Positions 29,893 through 40,414 of a stretch of DNA of 46,343 nucleotides are shown one piece after another. This DNA comes from Candidatus Dadabacteria bacterium (GTDB taxonomy: Bacteria > Desulfobacterota_D > UBA1144 > Nemesobacterales > CSP1-2), in the NCBI GenBank assembly GCA_040289575.1, contig PSLL01000001.1:120096-166438 (forward strand), given 5' to 3'. The translations under genes were made by a program, and so were the position numbers. Position 1 is the stretch's first letter. Each line of letters begins with the position of its first letter. The notes beneath the pieces were generated by a model, which was given only the letters and a program-made list of their open reading frames with translations, ran no database searches and was not told where the DNA came from.

Positions 29893-31092
29893 TTGACATT
29901 AATATCCTTAGTCATTCCTACATATAACGAACGCCGAAATATCATCCCTTTAATCCGACGTGTGACCTTTGCTTTACAGAGGACTACAGATGAGTTTGAG
30001 ATAATCGTAGTTGATGACGATAGCCCTGATGGGACCTGGCAGGTGGCTGAAGAACTGGCCAAAGGGAATCCTCATCTCAGGGTTATAAGGCGTCAAGGTG
30101 AGAAGGGGCTTGCTACTGCCGTTGTAGCCGGATGGAAAGCCGCTGAAGGAGAGATTCTGGGGGTTATGGACGGAGACCTACAACATCCCCCTGAGGCTCT
30201 ACCGGATTTGATTGACTCAATTCTCACTTCACATGCCGATATAGTCGTTGCAAGCCGGCATGTATACGGAGGTGGAGTAAGCCAGTGGAGTCTAATTCGC
30301 AGATTTATATCCTGGACAGCAGCATCTATCGCAACTTTAATGCTGCCCGGTATATTACAGGCTGTGCGTGATCCTATGTCTGGATATTTTCTCATTAAGC
30401 GTTCTGTTATTGAATCTGTTAATCTAAGGCCTGAAGGATATAAAATTCTTTTAGAGGTATTGGCTAGAGGCAATTATCGAACTGTCGTAGAGGTGCCTTA
30501 TATCTTTGAAGAGCGCAAAGAGGGTGGAAGTAAACTCGGTCCTAAACAGTACTCCGAGTTTTTTACCCATCTGGCACATCTGGCGGTTGAAACGGGGCAG
30601 ATGGGGCGTTTTTTACGTTTCTGTACTGTTGGACTCTCAGGTGTCTTTGTTAATGAGGGTGTGCTTAGATTTTTTACAAAAACAGGCGGTCTATACTATG
30701 TTTATTCTTCTATTTTAGCATGTGAGATGGCTATTATCACCAATTTTCTTCTTAACGAGTTTTGGACATTCCGGGACAGATCGAGTCAGAGGCCGGATGT
30801 GGCGAACCGTTTAAGACGGCTTTTAAGATTCAATTTAATTTGCACTGTGGGAGTTATCCTAAACGTAGCGCTACTTTGGGCTTTGACTAATTTAGCGGGA
30901 TTTTATTATTTAATCAGTAATCTATTTGGAATCGGCGTTTCTACACTGTGGAATTATGGATTAAATAGTAATATTACATGGGAGGTACCAGTTAAACGAA
31001 AAGTAGAGAAGACCCCTAGTCAGGAGGGAATAGCAGTAAATACGGGCTATAGTCCTGTGCAACCAAAGGAAAAGAGGACTAAGCTCGATTGA
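29893..31092 (+). CDS. Polyprenol-monophosphate glycosyltransferase (DPM1-like GT2) fused to a GtrA flippase domain
   Basis: IPTYNE, VDDDSPDGT, MDGDLQHPP, DPMSGYF, GYKILLE; C-terminal RFCTVGLSGVFVN..NFLLNEFWTF..WNY (GtrA). Confidence 0.9.
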   Translation: MTLISLVIPTYNERRNIIPLIRRVTFALQRTTDEFEIIVVDDDSPDGTWQVAEELAKGNPHLRVIRRQGEKGLATAVVAGWKAAEGEILGVMDGDLQHPPEALPDLIDSILTSHADIVVASRHVYGGGVSQWSLIRRFISWTAASIATLMLPGILQAVRDPMSGYFLIKRSVIESVNLRPEGYKILLEVLARGNYRTVVEVPYIFEERKEGGSKLGPKQYSEFFTHLAHLAVETGQMGRFLRFCTVGLSGVFVNEGVLRFFTKTGGLYYVYSSILACEMAIITNFLLNEFWTFRDRSSQRPDVANRLRRLLRFNLICTVGVILNVALLWALTNLAGFYYLISNLFGIGVSTLWNYGLNSNITWEVPVKRKVEKTPSQEGIAVNTGYSPVQPKEKRTKLD

Positions 31093-31178
31093 ACCCCTGG
31101 TATCCTGGCTAGTAATTCAGTTACACTGTGGTATATTGGGTGAAAGATAATATAGTTATTAGATTACAATAAGAAACC

Positions 31179-32588
31179 ATGAAACTGCTAATTATTGGTC
31201 TTGATTCCGCTGTTCCTGACCTGGTTTTCAATAAATGGATAGAGGAGCTTCCGAATCTAAGGCGACTTATGGAAAAAGGGATATACGGGCCTCTTGAGAG
31301 CACTCATCCTCCGATTACTGTTCCTGCCTGGACATCCATGATGAGTAGCAAAGATCCGGGGCAGCTGGGCTGTTACGGCTTTCGCAATAGAAGAGATTAT
31401 TCATATAATGGCTATGCAATAGCAAACTCTACTGCAGTACGCTGTGATAGGGTTTGGGATGTTCTCTCTGGTTCAGGGAAGAAAGTAATATTACTTGGTG
31501 TTCCCCAAACGTATCCTACCAAACCGATAAATGGATGTATTGTAACTGACTTTCTTACGCCATCTACAAAGAATGAGTATACATATCCATCTGATCTCAA
31601 GGATGAGATAGAGAGGGTCTCAGGTGGATATGTACTGGATGTTGAGAACTTCCGTACCGATGATAAAGATGTGCTCCTTGAGCGTATTTATGAGAAGACC
31701 AGAAAGCATTTTAAAGTGGCAAAGCATCTCATTAGCACAAAGCCTTGGGATTTCTTTATGCTTGTCGAGATGGGAACTGACCGCATTCAACACGGTTTTT
31801 GGAGCTATATGGATCCAGAGCATCATAAGTACAGGGCGGGAAATACATTTGAGAATGCGATAAAGGAGTACTACATATATTGTGACAGGGAGATTGGAGA
31901 CCTCCTTTCCCTTGTTCCCAAAGATACTGTAGTAATGGTTGTCTCGGATCACGGGGCAAGAAAGATGGAAGGAGGAATATGCTTCAATGAATGGCTCATA
32001 AAGGAGGGCTATCTGACTCTAAAAGAGTATCCCTCGCGGCTGACTGCTATAGGTGATGTGGAGATAGACTGGACTAGAACATTGGCCTGGGGTGATGGAG
32101 GATACTATGGGCGTCTTTTTATGAATGTAAAGGGAAGAGAACCACAGGGGATTATTGATCCCAAGGATTATGAGAGGGTTCGCTCTGAATTAATAGATAA
32201 AATAGAGGCTGTAGAAGACCACGAAGGAAAAAATATTGGCTCTCGGGCCTATCGTCCTGAGGACTTATATAGAGAAGTCAAAGGCGTTGCTCCAGACCTC
32301 ATTGTTTACTTTGGAAATCTCAACTGGCGCTCTGTAGGAAGTGTTGGATTGAGAAGCATATACACGTTTGAGAACGACACGGGACCAGATGAGGCCAACC
32401 ACGACTGGCAGGGGATATTTATCTTAAACGAAATGGGGTGCAGAGCAGGGATAGAGGGAGGATATAGGGAAGGTTATAGAATATATGATATAGGACCTAC
32501 TGTTCTCACTCTCTTTGGTATGAAACTGAAAGATAATAATCTAGTGGGAAAGAGCTTGCTAACTAATTCCAACTCATTGAAGAGTTAA
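31179..32588 (+). CDS. Alkaline phosphatase superfamily protein (type I phosphodiesterase/nucleotide pyrophosphatase-like)
   Basis: IIGLDS, STHPPITVPAW, DRIQH, VSDHG, NH...GIF; no signal peptide. Confidence 0.88.
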   Translation: MKLLIIGLDSAVPDLVFNKWIEELPNLRRLMEKGIYGPLESTHPPITVPAWTSMMSSKDPGQLGCYGFRNRRDYSYNGYAIANSTAVRCDRVWDVLSGSGKKVILLGVPQTYPTKPINGCIVTDFLTPSTKNEYTYPSDLKDEIERVSGGYVLDVENFRTDDKDVLLERIYEKTRKHFKVAKHLISTKPWDFFMLVEMGTDRIQHGFWSYMDPEHHKYRAGNTFENAIKEYYIYCDREIGDLLSLVPKDTVVMVVSDHGARKMEGGICFNEWLIKEGYLTLKEYPSRLTAIGDVEIDWTRTLAWGDGGYYGRLFMNVKGREPQGIIDPKDYERVRSELIDKIEAVEDHEGKNIGSRAYRPEDLYREVKGVAPDLIVYFGNLNWRSVGSVGLRSIYTFENDTGPDEANHDWQGIFILNEMGCRAGIEGGYREGYRIYDIGPTVLTLFGMKLKDNNLVGKSLLTNSNSLKS

Positions 32589-32737
32589 TACTTTTTTCAC
32601 TTCAAAATATAACTAAAGTCTGATTGATTTCATTCCACCTGGGTAGTTACTATATACTGGATGTAAGTGAGGTTGCGGAGCACTAAGAAATAGGCATAAG
32701 GGTCTTTAAGACCTAAAGTCTTTTGAGTTCTTCTGTC

Positions 32738-33706
32738 ATGCAACAAAGGGTCTATACAAAAGATAAGATTGAAATTTCAATAGTTGTACCCCTCTATAAT
32801 GAAGAGGGAAACGTAGAGGCATTATACCAATCTTTAAAGCAGGCCCTGCGTGCTCTAAATAGAGAATCCGAGATTATATTTATTGACGACGGGAGTACGG
32901 ATAGGACTTTTGACCTATTATTAAAACTTAAGGAATCAGATAGTTGTACGAAAATTATACATTTTACAAGGAACTTTGGTCAAACGGCAGCCATGTCTGC
33001 TGGATTTGATTATGCAAGGGGCGATATAATCATTACAATGGATGGGGATCTGCAAAATGATCCAAAAGACATACCCTTGCTTCTTGAGAAGGTTGATGAA
33101 GGGTATGATATCGTTAGTGGTTGGAGGGTTAAAAGGCAGGATAAATTTCTCTTAAGAAAACTTCCTTCCAAAATAGCTAACTGGCTAATCGGTTTAATAA
33201 CAGGTGTTAAGTTGCACGACTCGGGCTGTTCTCTTAAGGCCTATCGTTCGAACATTATTAAAAATCTGAGACTCTATGGAGAGATGCATAGATTTATACC
33301 TGCCCTTGCAAGCTCAAGAGGTGCGAGAATTACTGAAGTTAAAGTTAACCATCACCCCAGGGTACACGGTGGCTCAAAATACGGAATCTCTCGGACCATA
33401 CGGGTTTTTCTTGATCTTATAACAATTAAGTTCTTGCTGTCTTTTTTGACACGCCCCCTTCAAATATTCGGTCTTTGGGGGCTCGCGTTTACGGGTCTGG
33501 GGTTTCTGGTTTGCGTTTATCTCTCTATAACTAAGTTACTTTTCAACCAAAGCCTCTCGGATAGACCTCTTCTATTGTTGGGTATTTTGCTCCTAGTCTT
33601 AGGGGTTCAGTTCATAGGATTTGGGTTGATTGCTGAGATGCAAACAAGGACTTACTATGAGGTTCAAAATAAACCGATCTATGTTATAAAGGATTTTATA
33701 GAGTAG
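32738..33706 (+). CDS. ArnC/GtrB-like undecaprenyl-phosphate glycosyltransferase (GT2) with two C-terminal TM helices
   Basis: VPLYNEE, DDGSTD, RNFGQTAA, MDGDLQNDP, HDSGCSLKAYR, GEMHRFIP, SKYG. Confidence 0.92.
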   Translation: MQQRVYTKDKIEISIVVPLYNEEGNVEALYQSLKQALRALNRESEIIFIDDGSTDRTFDLLLKLKESDSCTKIIHFTRNFGQTAAMSAGFDYARGDIIITMDGDLQNDPKDIPLLLEKVDEGYDIVSGWRVKRQDKFLLRKLPSKIANWLIGLITGVKLHDSGCSLKAYRSNIIKNLRLYGEMHRFIPALASSRGARITEVKVNHHPRVHGGSKYGISRTIRVFLDLITIKFLLSFLTRPLQIFGLWGLAFTGLGFLVCVYLSITKLLFNQSLSDRPLLLLGILLLVLGVQFIGFGLIAEMQTRTYYEVQNKPIYVIKDFIE

Positions 33707-33728
33707 CCCACGAATATCCTAAATAGAT

Positions 33729-34316
33729 ATGCCATCAACAATTGGTCATTCTATAGCAGGTTATGTTATATATCGTGCTGCCTCAGAAGACGCTTCACGC
33801 CTCGAATGGAGAAGGCTCTTTCTCTACTGTATTTGCTCCAACTTGCCCGATTTAGACTTTATTCCTGGATTTTTATTAGGTGCACCAAATAAATTCCACC
33901 ATGGTGTGAGTCATAGTTTGGGTTTTGCCTTTGGATTTGGCTTCTACATGAGTCTTATTCTTTTATTTGTAAAAGATCAGAGTATCTTAAGAAGCTTTAT
34001 TATATTCTTTGGTCTCTATTTTTCTCATGTGCTCTTGGATTTACTAAGTTATGATTCCTCTCCACCTTATGGAGTTCCTGTTTTATGGCCTATTACTGAT
34101 AATTACTATATCTCGCCAATATCGGTTTTTTCTGATATTGAGAGGGATCGAGCTTCTGAAGCTTTCATACGGAGTCTATTTAGTCTACATAATTTTCTAG
34201 CAATCTTAATTGAAACTGTTATCCTATTACCTTTAGTTATAATGGTTTCATTCTTTAAGAAGGGTAAGGTGAGAATTGAGAGGAAGGTATTTCAAAACAA
34301 GCGAACTCATCTATAA
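33729..34316 (+). CDS. YdjM/DUF457-like membrane metal-dependent hydrolase
   Basis: GHS, LPDLD, HHGVSHSL, SHVLLD, G.P.LWP. Confidence 0.82.
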   Translation: MPSTIGHSIAGYVIYRAASEDASRLEWRRLFLYCICSNLPDLDFIPGFLLGAPNKFHHGVSHSLGFAFGFGFYMSLILLFVKDQSILRSFIIFFGLYFSHVLLDLLSYDSSPPYGVPVLWPITDNYYISPISVFSDIERDRASEAFIRSLFSLHNFLAILIETVILLPLVIMVSFFKKGKVRIERKVFQNKRTHL

Positions 34317-34343
34317 GAATTGAGTTTTTCAGGAGGCTCATCT

Positions 34344-35618
34344 ATGTATGAAAATCCAATTGAAACTGTTGCTATAATTGGGTTGGGCTATGTGGGACTT
34401 CCATTGGCCATCGCTTTTGCCGAAAAGAAAATCAAGGTGATAGGCATAGATAAAGACCCAAATAAGATTGATATGCTAAGGGAAGGAAAATCTTATATAG
34501 AGGACATAAGCAATGAGGAACTTAGGGTAAATATGGGTTATTTTTATCCCACAACGGATTTTTCCTTTCTTTCATCTGTAAATAACGTAATTATGTGCGT
34601 GCCAACTCCGCTAAACAAAACTAAGGATCCTGACATTTCTTATATTATCGCCGCTGCTAATGATATTGCTAGGTATCTGCATAAAGGTATGCTCATTGTG
34701 CTTGAGAGTACCACATATCCGGGCACAACCGAAGAGATACTTAAATCCATATTTGAGAAAGGTGGATTAAAGGCGGGTCAGGACTTTTCTCTTGCGTTTT
34801 CCCCTGAGAGGATTGATCCCGGAAATAAAAATTTTAATGTCAAAAATACACCAAAGGTCGTAGGTGGGATAACTAAAGGGTGTACGGAGCGCGCCGTAGA
34901 GCTTTACAGTAAAATCGTAGAAAGGGTAGTTTCAGTTTCATCTCCTGCAGCGGCTGAGGCTGTAAAACTTCTTGAAAACACATTTCGCTCTGTTAACATC
35001 GCGCTTGTAAATGAAATCGCACAACTCTGCCACAGAATGGGCATTGATGTCTGGGAGGTAATAGATGCCGCCGCTACAAAGCCTTTTGGATTTATGCCTT
35101 TTTATCCAGGTCCAGGTATCGGAGGTCATTGTATTCCTGTAGATCCTCTTTACCTTTCCTGGAAGGCCAAGCTGTTTAATTTTCGCACCCGTTTTATAGA
35201 GCTTGCCGATGAGATAAATGGTAAGATGCCCGAATATGTGGTGTATCGTCTTTTTGAAACTCTAAATGAAGCCGGAAAGTCAATTAAGGGATCAAATATA
35301 CTGATCTTAGGTGTGGCTTACAAAAAGGATGTAGGTGATATTCGTGAATCTCCTGCTTTAGAGATAATAAAGCTTATCTTAGAAAAGGAAGGAAGGGTTA
35401 TATATAATGATCCTTATGTACCTGAATTCACTTTTCTTGGTAGGATCTGGCGTTCTGTAGAAGTTGACGATGGTATTCTTGAGGCATCAGATTGTGTAGT
35501 TGTTCTTACGGACCATAGCTTTTACAATTGGAAGTCAATGTCTGAGAAAGCCAGATTGGTACTTGATACCAGAAATGCTATAAACGGATTTTTATCAAAG
35601 AGAGTCTATAAATTATAA
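34344..35618 (+). CDS. Nucleotide-sugar 6-dehydrogenase (UDP-GlcNAc dehydrogenase, WbpA-like)
   Basis: GLGYVGLP, CVPTP, ESTTYPGTT, SPERIDPG, KLLENTFR, GGHCIPVDP, GVAYKKDVGDIRESP. AGGAGG SD supports ATG 34344. Confidence 0.93.
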   Translation: MYENPIETVAIIGLGYVGLPLAIAFAEKKIKVIGIDKDPNKIDMLREGKSYIEDISNEELRVNMGYFYPTTDFSFLSSVNNVIMCVPTPLNKTKDPDISYIIAAANDIARYLHKGMLIVLESTTYPGTTEEILKSIFEKGGLKAGQDFSLAFSPERIDPGNKNFNVKNTPKVVGGITKGCTERAVELYSKIVERVVSVSSPAAAEAVKLLENTFRSVNIALVNEIAQLCHRMGIDVWEVIDAAATKPFGFMPFYPGPGIGGHCIPVDPLYLSWKAKLFNFRTRFIELADEINGKMPEYVVYRLFETLNEAGKSIKGSNILILGVAYKKDVGDIRESPALEIIKLILEKEGRVIYNDPYVPEFTFLGRIWRSVEVDDGILEASDCVVVLTDHSFYNWKSMSEKARLVLDTRNAINGFLSKRVYKL

Positions 35619-35724
35619 ATTATACTTAAACTTGTATAGCCTAAGGTAGGAGTATATAAATCTGGTTTTATTCCTTCTCTATCGACTGTCATTCAAAAAA
35701 TTCATTTAATAGATAGTTTGTTCC

Positions 35725-36590
35725 TAGTGCAGAAATGCAGCTGATAGTTTGAATAAAAGTAAAATCTATGGCTTGATTAATATATGAAAGCACTATTTAT
35801 ACGAGAAGTATCATCAGAGGAAAAGAAAGTGTTACAAAAAGGGCTGCATTCAACAGAAGCCTTCACTAGAAGCCTTCACTGTGCGCCGATGCCAAATCTT
35901 GTTGAGCAGTGCGGAGGGAAAAACACTAATCCAGATTGCATCTGACATACACTGCACTGACCAATGTGTACGAGATGGTATACATGCCTTTAACAAAGAA
36001 GGATTGATTTGTATAAAAGAGAAGTCTCATGCACGTCACGACAGGCAAAGTGCCTTTGATTCAACAGGATTGGAAAGACTCAAAGAAATAATCCGTCTGT
36101 CGCCACGTACTTTTGGATACGAAACTAGCATCTAGACACTCCTGCTTTTGGCACAGAGTTGTCAACGTGAGTCATTAACATCACGGCCCATCAGTACGTA
36201 CAGTGTAGGTCGAGCACTTAAGCGAATAGGTATATGGTGGGGTCGAGCTAGACATTGGATTCATAGTCCAGATGAGCATTATGATTGGAAAAAAAACGAC
36301 GAGATAAGTTGAAGGAGAGGGTAAAGATAGAGCCCAAGTGGATGTTAAAGGGATTGGGTAAGTGGATACAAAGTACGAGCCAAACAGCAAGGGGATGTAC
36401 GATTAATTATCTACCGTTTACCAAAAAGAGTCCATTAATACGGGAAGGGGTGCTGGGTACATGCAAAGCGTAAGGTAGCAGAGCCGGATGGAGAATTGAT
36501 GGTAGATGAGTTAAAGCAACGTCTGTGTGCTCATTTTGGAGTTGAATTGAGCACTGCAACACTCAAATTATCTGATGCATTCTTGCACTA
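35725..36590 (+). mobile_element. Decayed IS630-family element with imperfect terminal inverted repeats and TA ends
   Basis: Left CTAGTGCAGAAATGCAGCTGATAGTTTGAAT (35724-35754) vs reverse complement of right CTAGTGCAAGAATGCATCAGATAATTTGAGT (36561-36591): 25/31 match. Transposase remnant inside. Confidence 0.85.
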
Positions 36591-36591
36591 G
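35784..36591 (+). pseudogene. IS630-type transposase pseudogene
   Basis: MKALFIRE..RRCQILL..HTH..SPRTFGY.TS.(W>TAG)TL..SPDEHY..KK; 13-bp duplication frameshift; DDE core largely missing; tail WVHAKRKVAEPDGEL..ELKQRLC. Confidence 0.8.
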
Positions 36592-36624
36592 TGCAATGCA
36601 AGAGTGAATTAAGAGGAGTTACCC

Positions 36625-37899
36625 GTGTCTCAAATAAAAGGAACCTTAAAAGTAGCATATCTTTTAGATATGTTTCCTACCCTTTCTGAGACTTTTATAC
36701 TTAACGAGATAATAGAATTAAAGAGACAGGGATTAGATATTGCCGCTTTTTCTGTTTCTAAACCAAATGAAGGTGTTATTCATAAAGAAGCCGAGAGATT
36801 GGCTAGGGAAACATATTACTTCGATGACTTTAGAAATCTAAGTAACTTTAATAAGGCTTGTATTTATCTATATGTGCATTCCTACTTTATTATTACCAGC
36901 CCTTTTAGATACCTGAGGGGTCTTTGGTTTGCTTACACTATAGGTAAACATAAATACGTTCTTTCAACATTTAGGGCAGCGGTTTATTTTGCTTTTATAT
37001 TAAAAAATTCGAAGGCAAATCACATTCATGCTCATTTTGCCAACAGTGCTTCTGAGTATGCAATGCTTGCTTCTATGCTCTGTGGGATGCCTTTTAGTTT
37101 TACCGTACATGCCCATGATATATTCCTCGGATTGAGATTGATAAGAGAAAAAATAGAGTTATCAAAATTCGTATTGGCTATCTCATCATATAATAAGAGG
37201 TTTATAAAGGAAAGGTGCCCGGCAGTTAATGAGAATAAAATACGCGTTGTCCATTGCGGCGTGGATTTAAAAAAATTGGGTGTTTTTAGCTCCAATGGGA
37301 ATGATGAAAAACGGCCTTTTATAATTTTGTCTGTAGGTAGGCTTGTGGAGACAAAGGGTTTCAAATACTTATTGGAAGCGTGTAGTGTCCTGCTTAAGAA
37401 GGGTATATCGGATTTCGTATGCAAGATAGTAGGACAGGGTCCTTTAAGAAATGAACTCGAAGAGCTAGCTATAGGTTTGGGTTTAGAAGAATCGGTGCAG
37501 TTTTTGGGTCCTCTTCCCAGTGAAAAGGTGTTTCCTCTCTTGAGTCAGGCAGACCTTTCTGTTCTTTCATCGGTGGTTGACCGTGACGGCAATATGGATG
37601 GTATTCCTGTCTATCTAATGGAGGCTATGGCCTTAGGAAAACCCGTCGTATCAACATATATCTCAGGGATTCCAGAATTAGTAAAAGACGGGGCTGGTAT
37701 TTTAGTTCCGCCAGAGGATTCAAGGGCATTGGCTGAGGCTATTGAGGAAATTTACTTTATGGACCGGGATGGGAGAAAAAAAATGGGTCTAAAGGGCCGT
37801 GAGATAGTAGAAAGAGAATTTAATCTGGAGAAGGAGGTTAAAAAAATTAGAGACCTATTTCTAAGCCCTTTAGAATTAGATAATGGACATACTAATTAA
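36625..37899 (+). CDS. Glycosyltransferase family 4 (WcaL-like)
   Basis: FPTLSETFILNE, HIHAHFA, SFTVHAHDIF, GRLVETKG, DGIPVYLMEAMA. Confidence 0.92.
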   Translation: MSQIKGTLKVAYLLDMFPTLSETFILNEIIELKRQGLDIAAFSVSKPNEGVIHKEAERLARETYYFDDFRNLSNFNKACIYLYVHSYFIITSPFRYLRGLWFAYTIGKHKYVLSTFRAAVYFAFILKNSKANHIHAHFANSASEYAMLASMLCGMPFSFTVHAHDIFLGLRLIREKIELSKFVLAISSYNKRFIKERCPAVNENKIRVVHCGVDLKKLGVFSSNGNDEKRPFIILSVGRLVETKGFKYLLEACSVLLKKGISDFVCKIVGQGPLRNELEELAIGLGLEESVQFLGPLPSEKVFPLLSQADLSVLSSVVDRDGNMDGIPVYLMEAMALGKPVVSTYISGIPELVKDGAGILVPPEDSRALAEAIEEIYFMDRDGRKKMGLKGREIVEREFNLEKEVKKIRDLFLSPLELDNGHTN

Positions 37900-39430
37900 A
37901 GGATCGGAGTCTCAATTGAGCAGCTTATCCCAAACGGACACCACAGGTTTAGGACAAAAAATAAGAAGTGGAACCCTATGGTCTTTTATAGGTAATGCCC
38001 TTTTACAGTTTTTGTCTCTATCCACAACTGTTGTCCTTGCAAGATTACTGTCTCCCCAGGATTTTGGTGTAGTTGCTATTGCTATGACTGTTTGGGGAAT
38101 AATTCAACTGTTTGGCAGTATGGGAATTGGGGCAAAGCTAATTCAACAGCCAGATGATGTCAGCAGATATGCATCTGCCGCTTTTTGGTTAAACATAACT
38201 ATAGCCTTGTGCCTGTCTATTCTTACTGTAATTGTTGCTCCTTTTGTGGCTTCATTTTACAAAAATAACCTAGTTAAGCCTATTTTAATGGTTATGGGGT
38301 TGGGTTTTTTCTTAGATTCATTTGGTACTGTACATTCGGTTCTGCTTGTTAAGGAGCTAGATTTTAAGAAGAGAACGTTGGTAGATATTGCAATAAATCT
38401 GGTAACAAGGGCAATAACAATACTTATGGCATTTGTAGGATACGGGGTTTGGAGTTTGGTTATACCTCAGATTCTCTCTTCTCCTATTCGTGTCTTTGCA
38501 TTATGGAAGATATGTCCGTGGCGGCCAAATTTAGAGTTTAATTTTCTTTATTGGAAGAGAATATTTAATTTTGGAAAATACATACTTGGCACAGACTTAT
38601 TGCGTTATATCAATTTGAATGGGGACTATACGATTGTCGGTAGATTTCTTGGTCCACTTGAATTGGGACTCTATACGTTTGCCTATAAATTAGCAATGTT
38701 TCCATTAGAGAACATCGTAGGAGTGGTATATAAAGTTTCCTTCCCTGCATTTTCAATGCTACAAAATGATTTGAATCGTTTAAGGGAAGCATTTCTGAAA
38801 ATGACAAGGCTTCTATCACTTATATCTTTCCCGTTGTTTATAGGGCTAATGGCTATGGCAAATGAGTTAATCCCTGCTGTATTTGGAGAAAAATGGAATA
38901 GGTCTATAGTTCCATTACAGATAATAATAGGTTTTGCCATGATAAACTCATTTGTTTCACCCTGTGGTCAAATTGTGCTTACATTAGAAAGACCGGAAAT
39001 CGAATTTAAATTTAACCTGATACAGGCTCCTTTGCTTTTAGGCGGAATATTTATAGGTGTAAAATACGGGATCATCGGTGTAGCTGTTGCGATGTCTTTA
39101 GTTATTGGTATCATGGCCCTTGTGTTTTTGAAGCTCTCCATAAATTTAATTGGTTTGGGTATAAAGGACATTCTAAATGCCTTTTTCCCTGCGCTGTCAT
39201 CCTCTTTAATAATGCTGATTCCAGTATTATTGATTAGGTATCTGTTGCTTTATTTCGGTTGTAGGGGATACCAGGTCTTATTGATTTGTATTCCATTTTG
39301 TGGGTTTATGTACCTCCTGGCACTGCTTACATTTTTTAAGAACAACTTTCAAATGATTTGGAATATGTTTATGGATATCTCAGGCCACTGTATTATTAGC
39401 CTTAAGAGGGTTTATGTTCATAACCCATGA
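37883..39430 (+). CDS. wzx: WzxC-like polysaccharide flippase
   Basis: LARLLSPQDFGVVA, GYGVWSLV, IVGRFLG..LGLY..AY, FPAFS.LQ, FGEKW. Confidence 0.9.
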   Translation: MDILIKGSESQLSSLSQTDTTGLGQKIRSGTLWSFIGNALLQFLSLSTTVVLARLLSPQDFGVVAIAMTVWGIIQLFGSMGIGAKLIQQPDDVSRYASAAFWLNITIALCLSILTVIVAPFVASFYKNNLVKPILMVMGLGFFLDSFGTVHSVLLVKELDFKKRTLVDIAINLVTRAITILMAFVGYGVWSLVIPQILSSPIRVFALWKICPWRPNLEFNFLYWKRIFNFGKYILGTDLLRYINLNGDYTIVGRFLGPLELGLYTFAYKLAMFPLENIVGVVYKVSFPAFSMLQNDLNRLREAFLKMTRLLSLISFPLFIGLMAMANELIPAVFGEKWNRSIVPLQIIIGFAMINSFVSPCGQIVLTLERPEIEFKFNLIQAPLLLGGIFIGVKYGIIGVAVAMSLVIGIMALVFLKLSINLIGLGIKDILNAFFPALSSSLIMLIPVLLIRYLLLYFGCRGYQVLLICIPFCGFMYLLALLTFFKNNFQMIWNMFMDISGHCIISLKRVYVHNP

Positions 39431-39452
39431 TTGGAAGAAATATTGAGGTTTT

Positions 39453-40295
39453 TTGATACTTAAACGTTGGAGTGAATCTGCTGTGAACTCGAGATTAAAA
39501 CTAGTGGAAGAGTGCTTAACAAATCCAGATATTCATCAGAGATGGGCGAGTTTATATTATATGGCTGTGGAAAATGAAAAGTTTTTTGAACTCGCTTTTG
39601 ACTACATAGCCAGTGTTCTAAGCGCCCCAAAGAATTCTATCATTCTGGATGCTGGATGCGGTAAATGTGCTCATTCCATTCGCCTAGCGAATCGGGGATT
39701 CCTCGTCCAAGCAGTTGATTTTTCTGAAACTGTATTAAAGGAAGCAGAGACAAATGTAAAGGCCAAGGGATTAGAGGACAAAATTAGCATCCGTCGTGAA
39801 AATATCCTTTCTCTTTCATTCGAAGACGAAACTTTTAAGTATGTTTTTTGCTGGGCTGTATTGATGCATATACCAGATTTGGAAACAGCAATATCAGAAC
39901 TCACCCGTGTCCTAAAGCTAGGAGGAATGCTGGTCATTGGTGAGAACAATATGTATTCCCTGGAATCGCGAATTCTACATAACCCCAGGTGGTTAGCGAG
40001 AAAAAACAATGTAAGTGTTGAGAAAACACCGGCTGGTATAGAGTATTGGCATACTACTTCTGATGGTACGATGATAACAAGGCATACAAATGTGCAATGG
40101 TTGATTGAAGGATTTAAAAGTAAGGGATTGACTGTTAAGAAACACGTAGTACGTCAATTCACGAAACTACATCTGAGTTTTTCCTCTCCACTGCTCAAGA
40201 ATCTTATTCACGGTTTCAACAACTTTTGGTTCAGGTATATAAAGATACCATACCCAGCCCTCGGCAATCTAATAATTCTTCAAAAGGAAGGATGA
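39453..40295 (+). CDS. Class I SAM-dependent methyltransferase
   Basis: ILDAGCGKC, VDFS, LSFEDETF, VLMHIPD, RVLKLGG. Confidence 0.88.
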   Translation: MILKRWSESAVNSRLKLVEECLTNPDIHQRWASLYYMAVENEKFFELAFDYIASVLSAPKNSIILDAGCGKCAHSIRLANRGFLVQAVDFSETVLKEAETNVKAKGLEDKISIRRENILSLSFEDETFKYVFCWAVLMHIPDLETAISELTRVLKLGGMLVIGENNMYSLESRILHNPRWLARKNNVSVEKTPAGIEYWHTTSDGTMITRHTNVQWLIEGFKSKGLTVKKHVVRQFTKLHLSFSSPLLKNLIHGFNNFWFRYIKIPYPALGNLIILQKEG

Positions 40296-40414
40296 AACGA
40301 CGCACAGAATATACTTAATGTGAAAAGGCTACTATTGAAATCTGTTAAGATTACTTTTAGATGTCGGCTGTAAACTTGGATTGATGCTATAGAATTAACA
40401 AAGAGGTATCCTCA

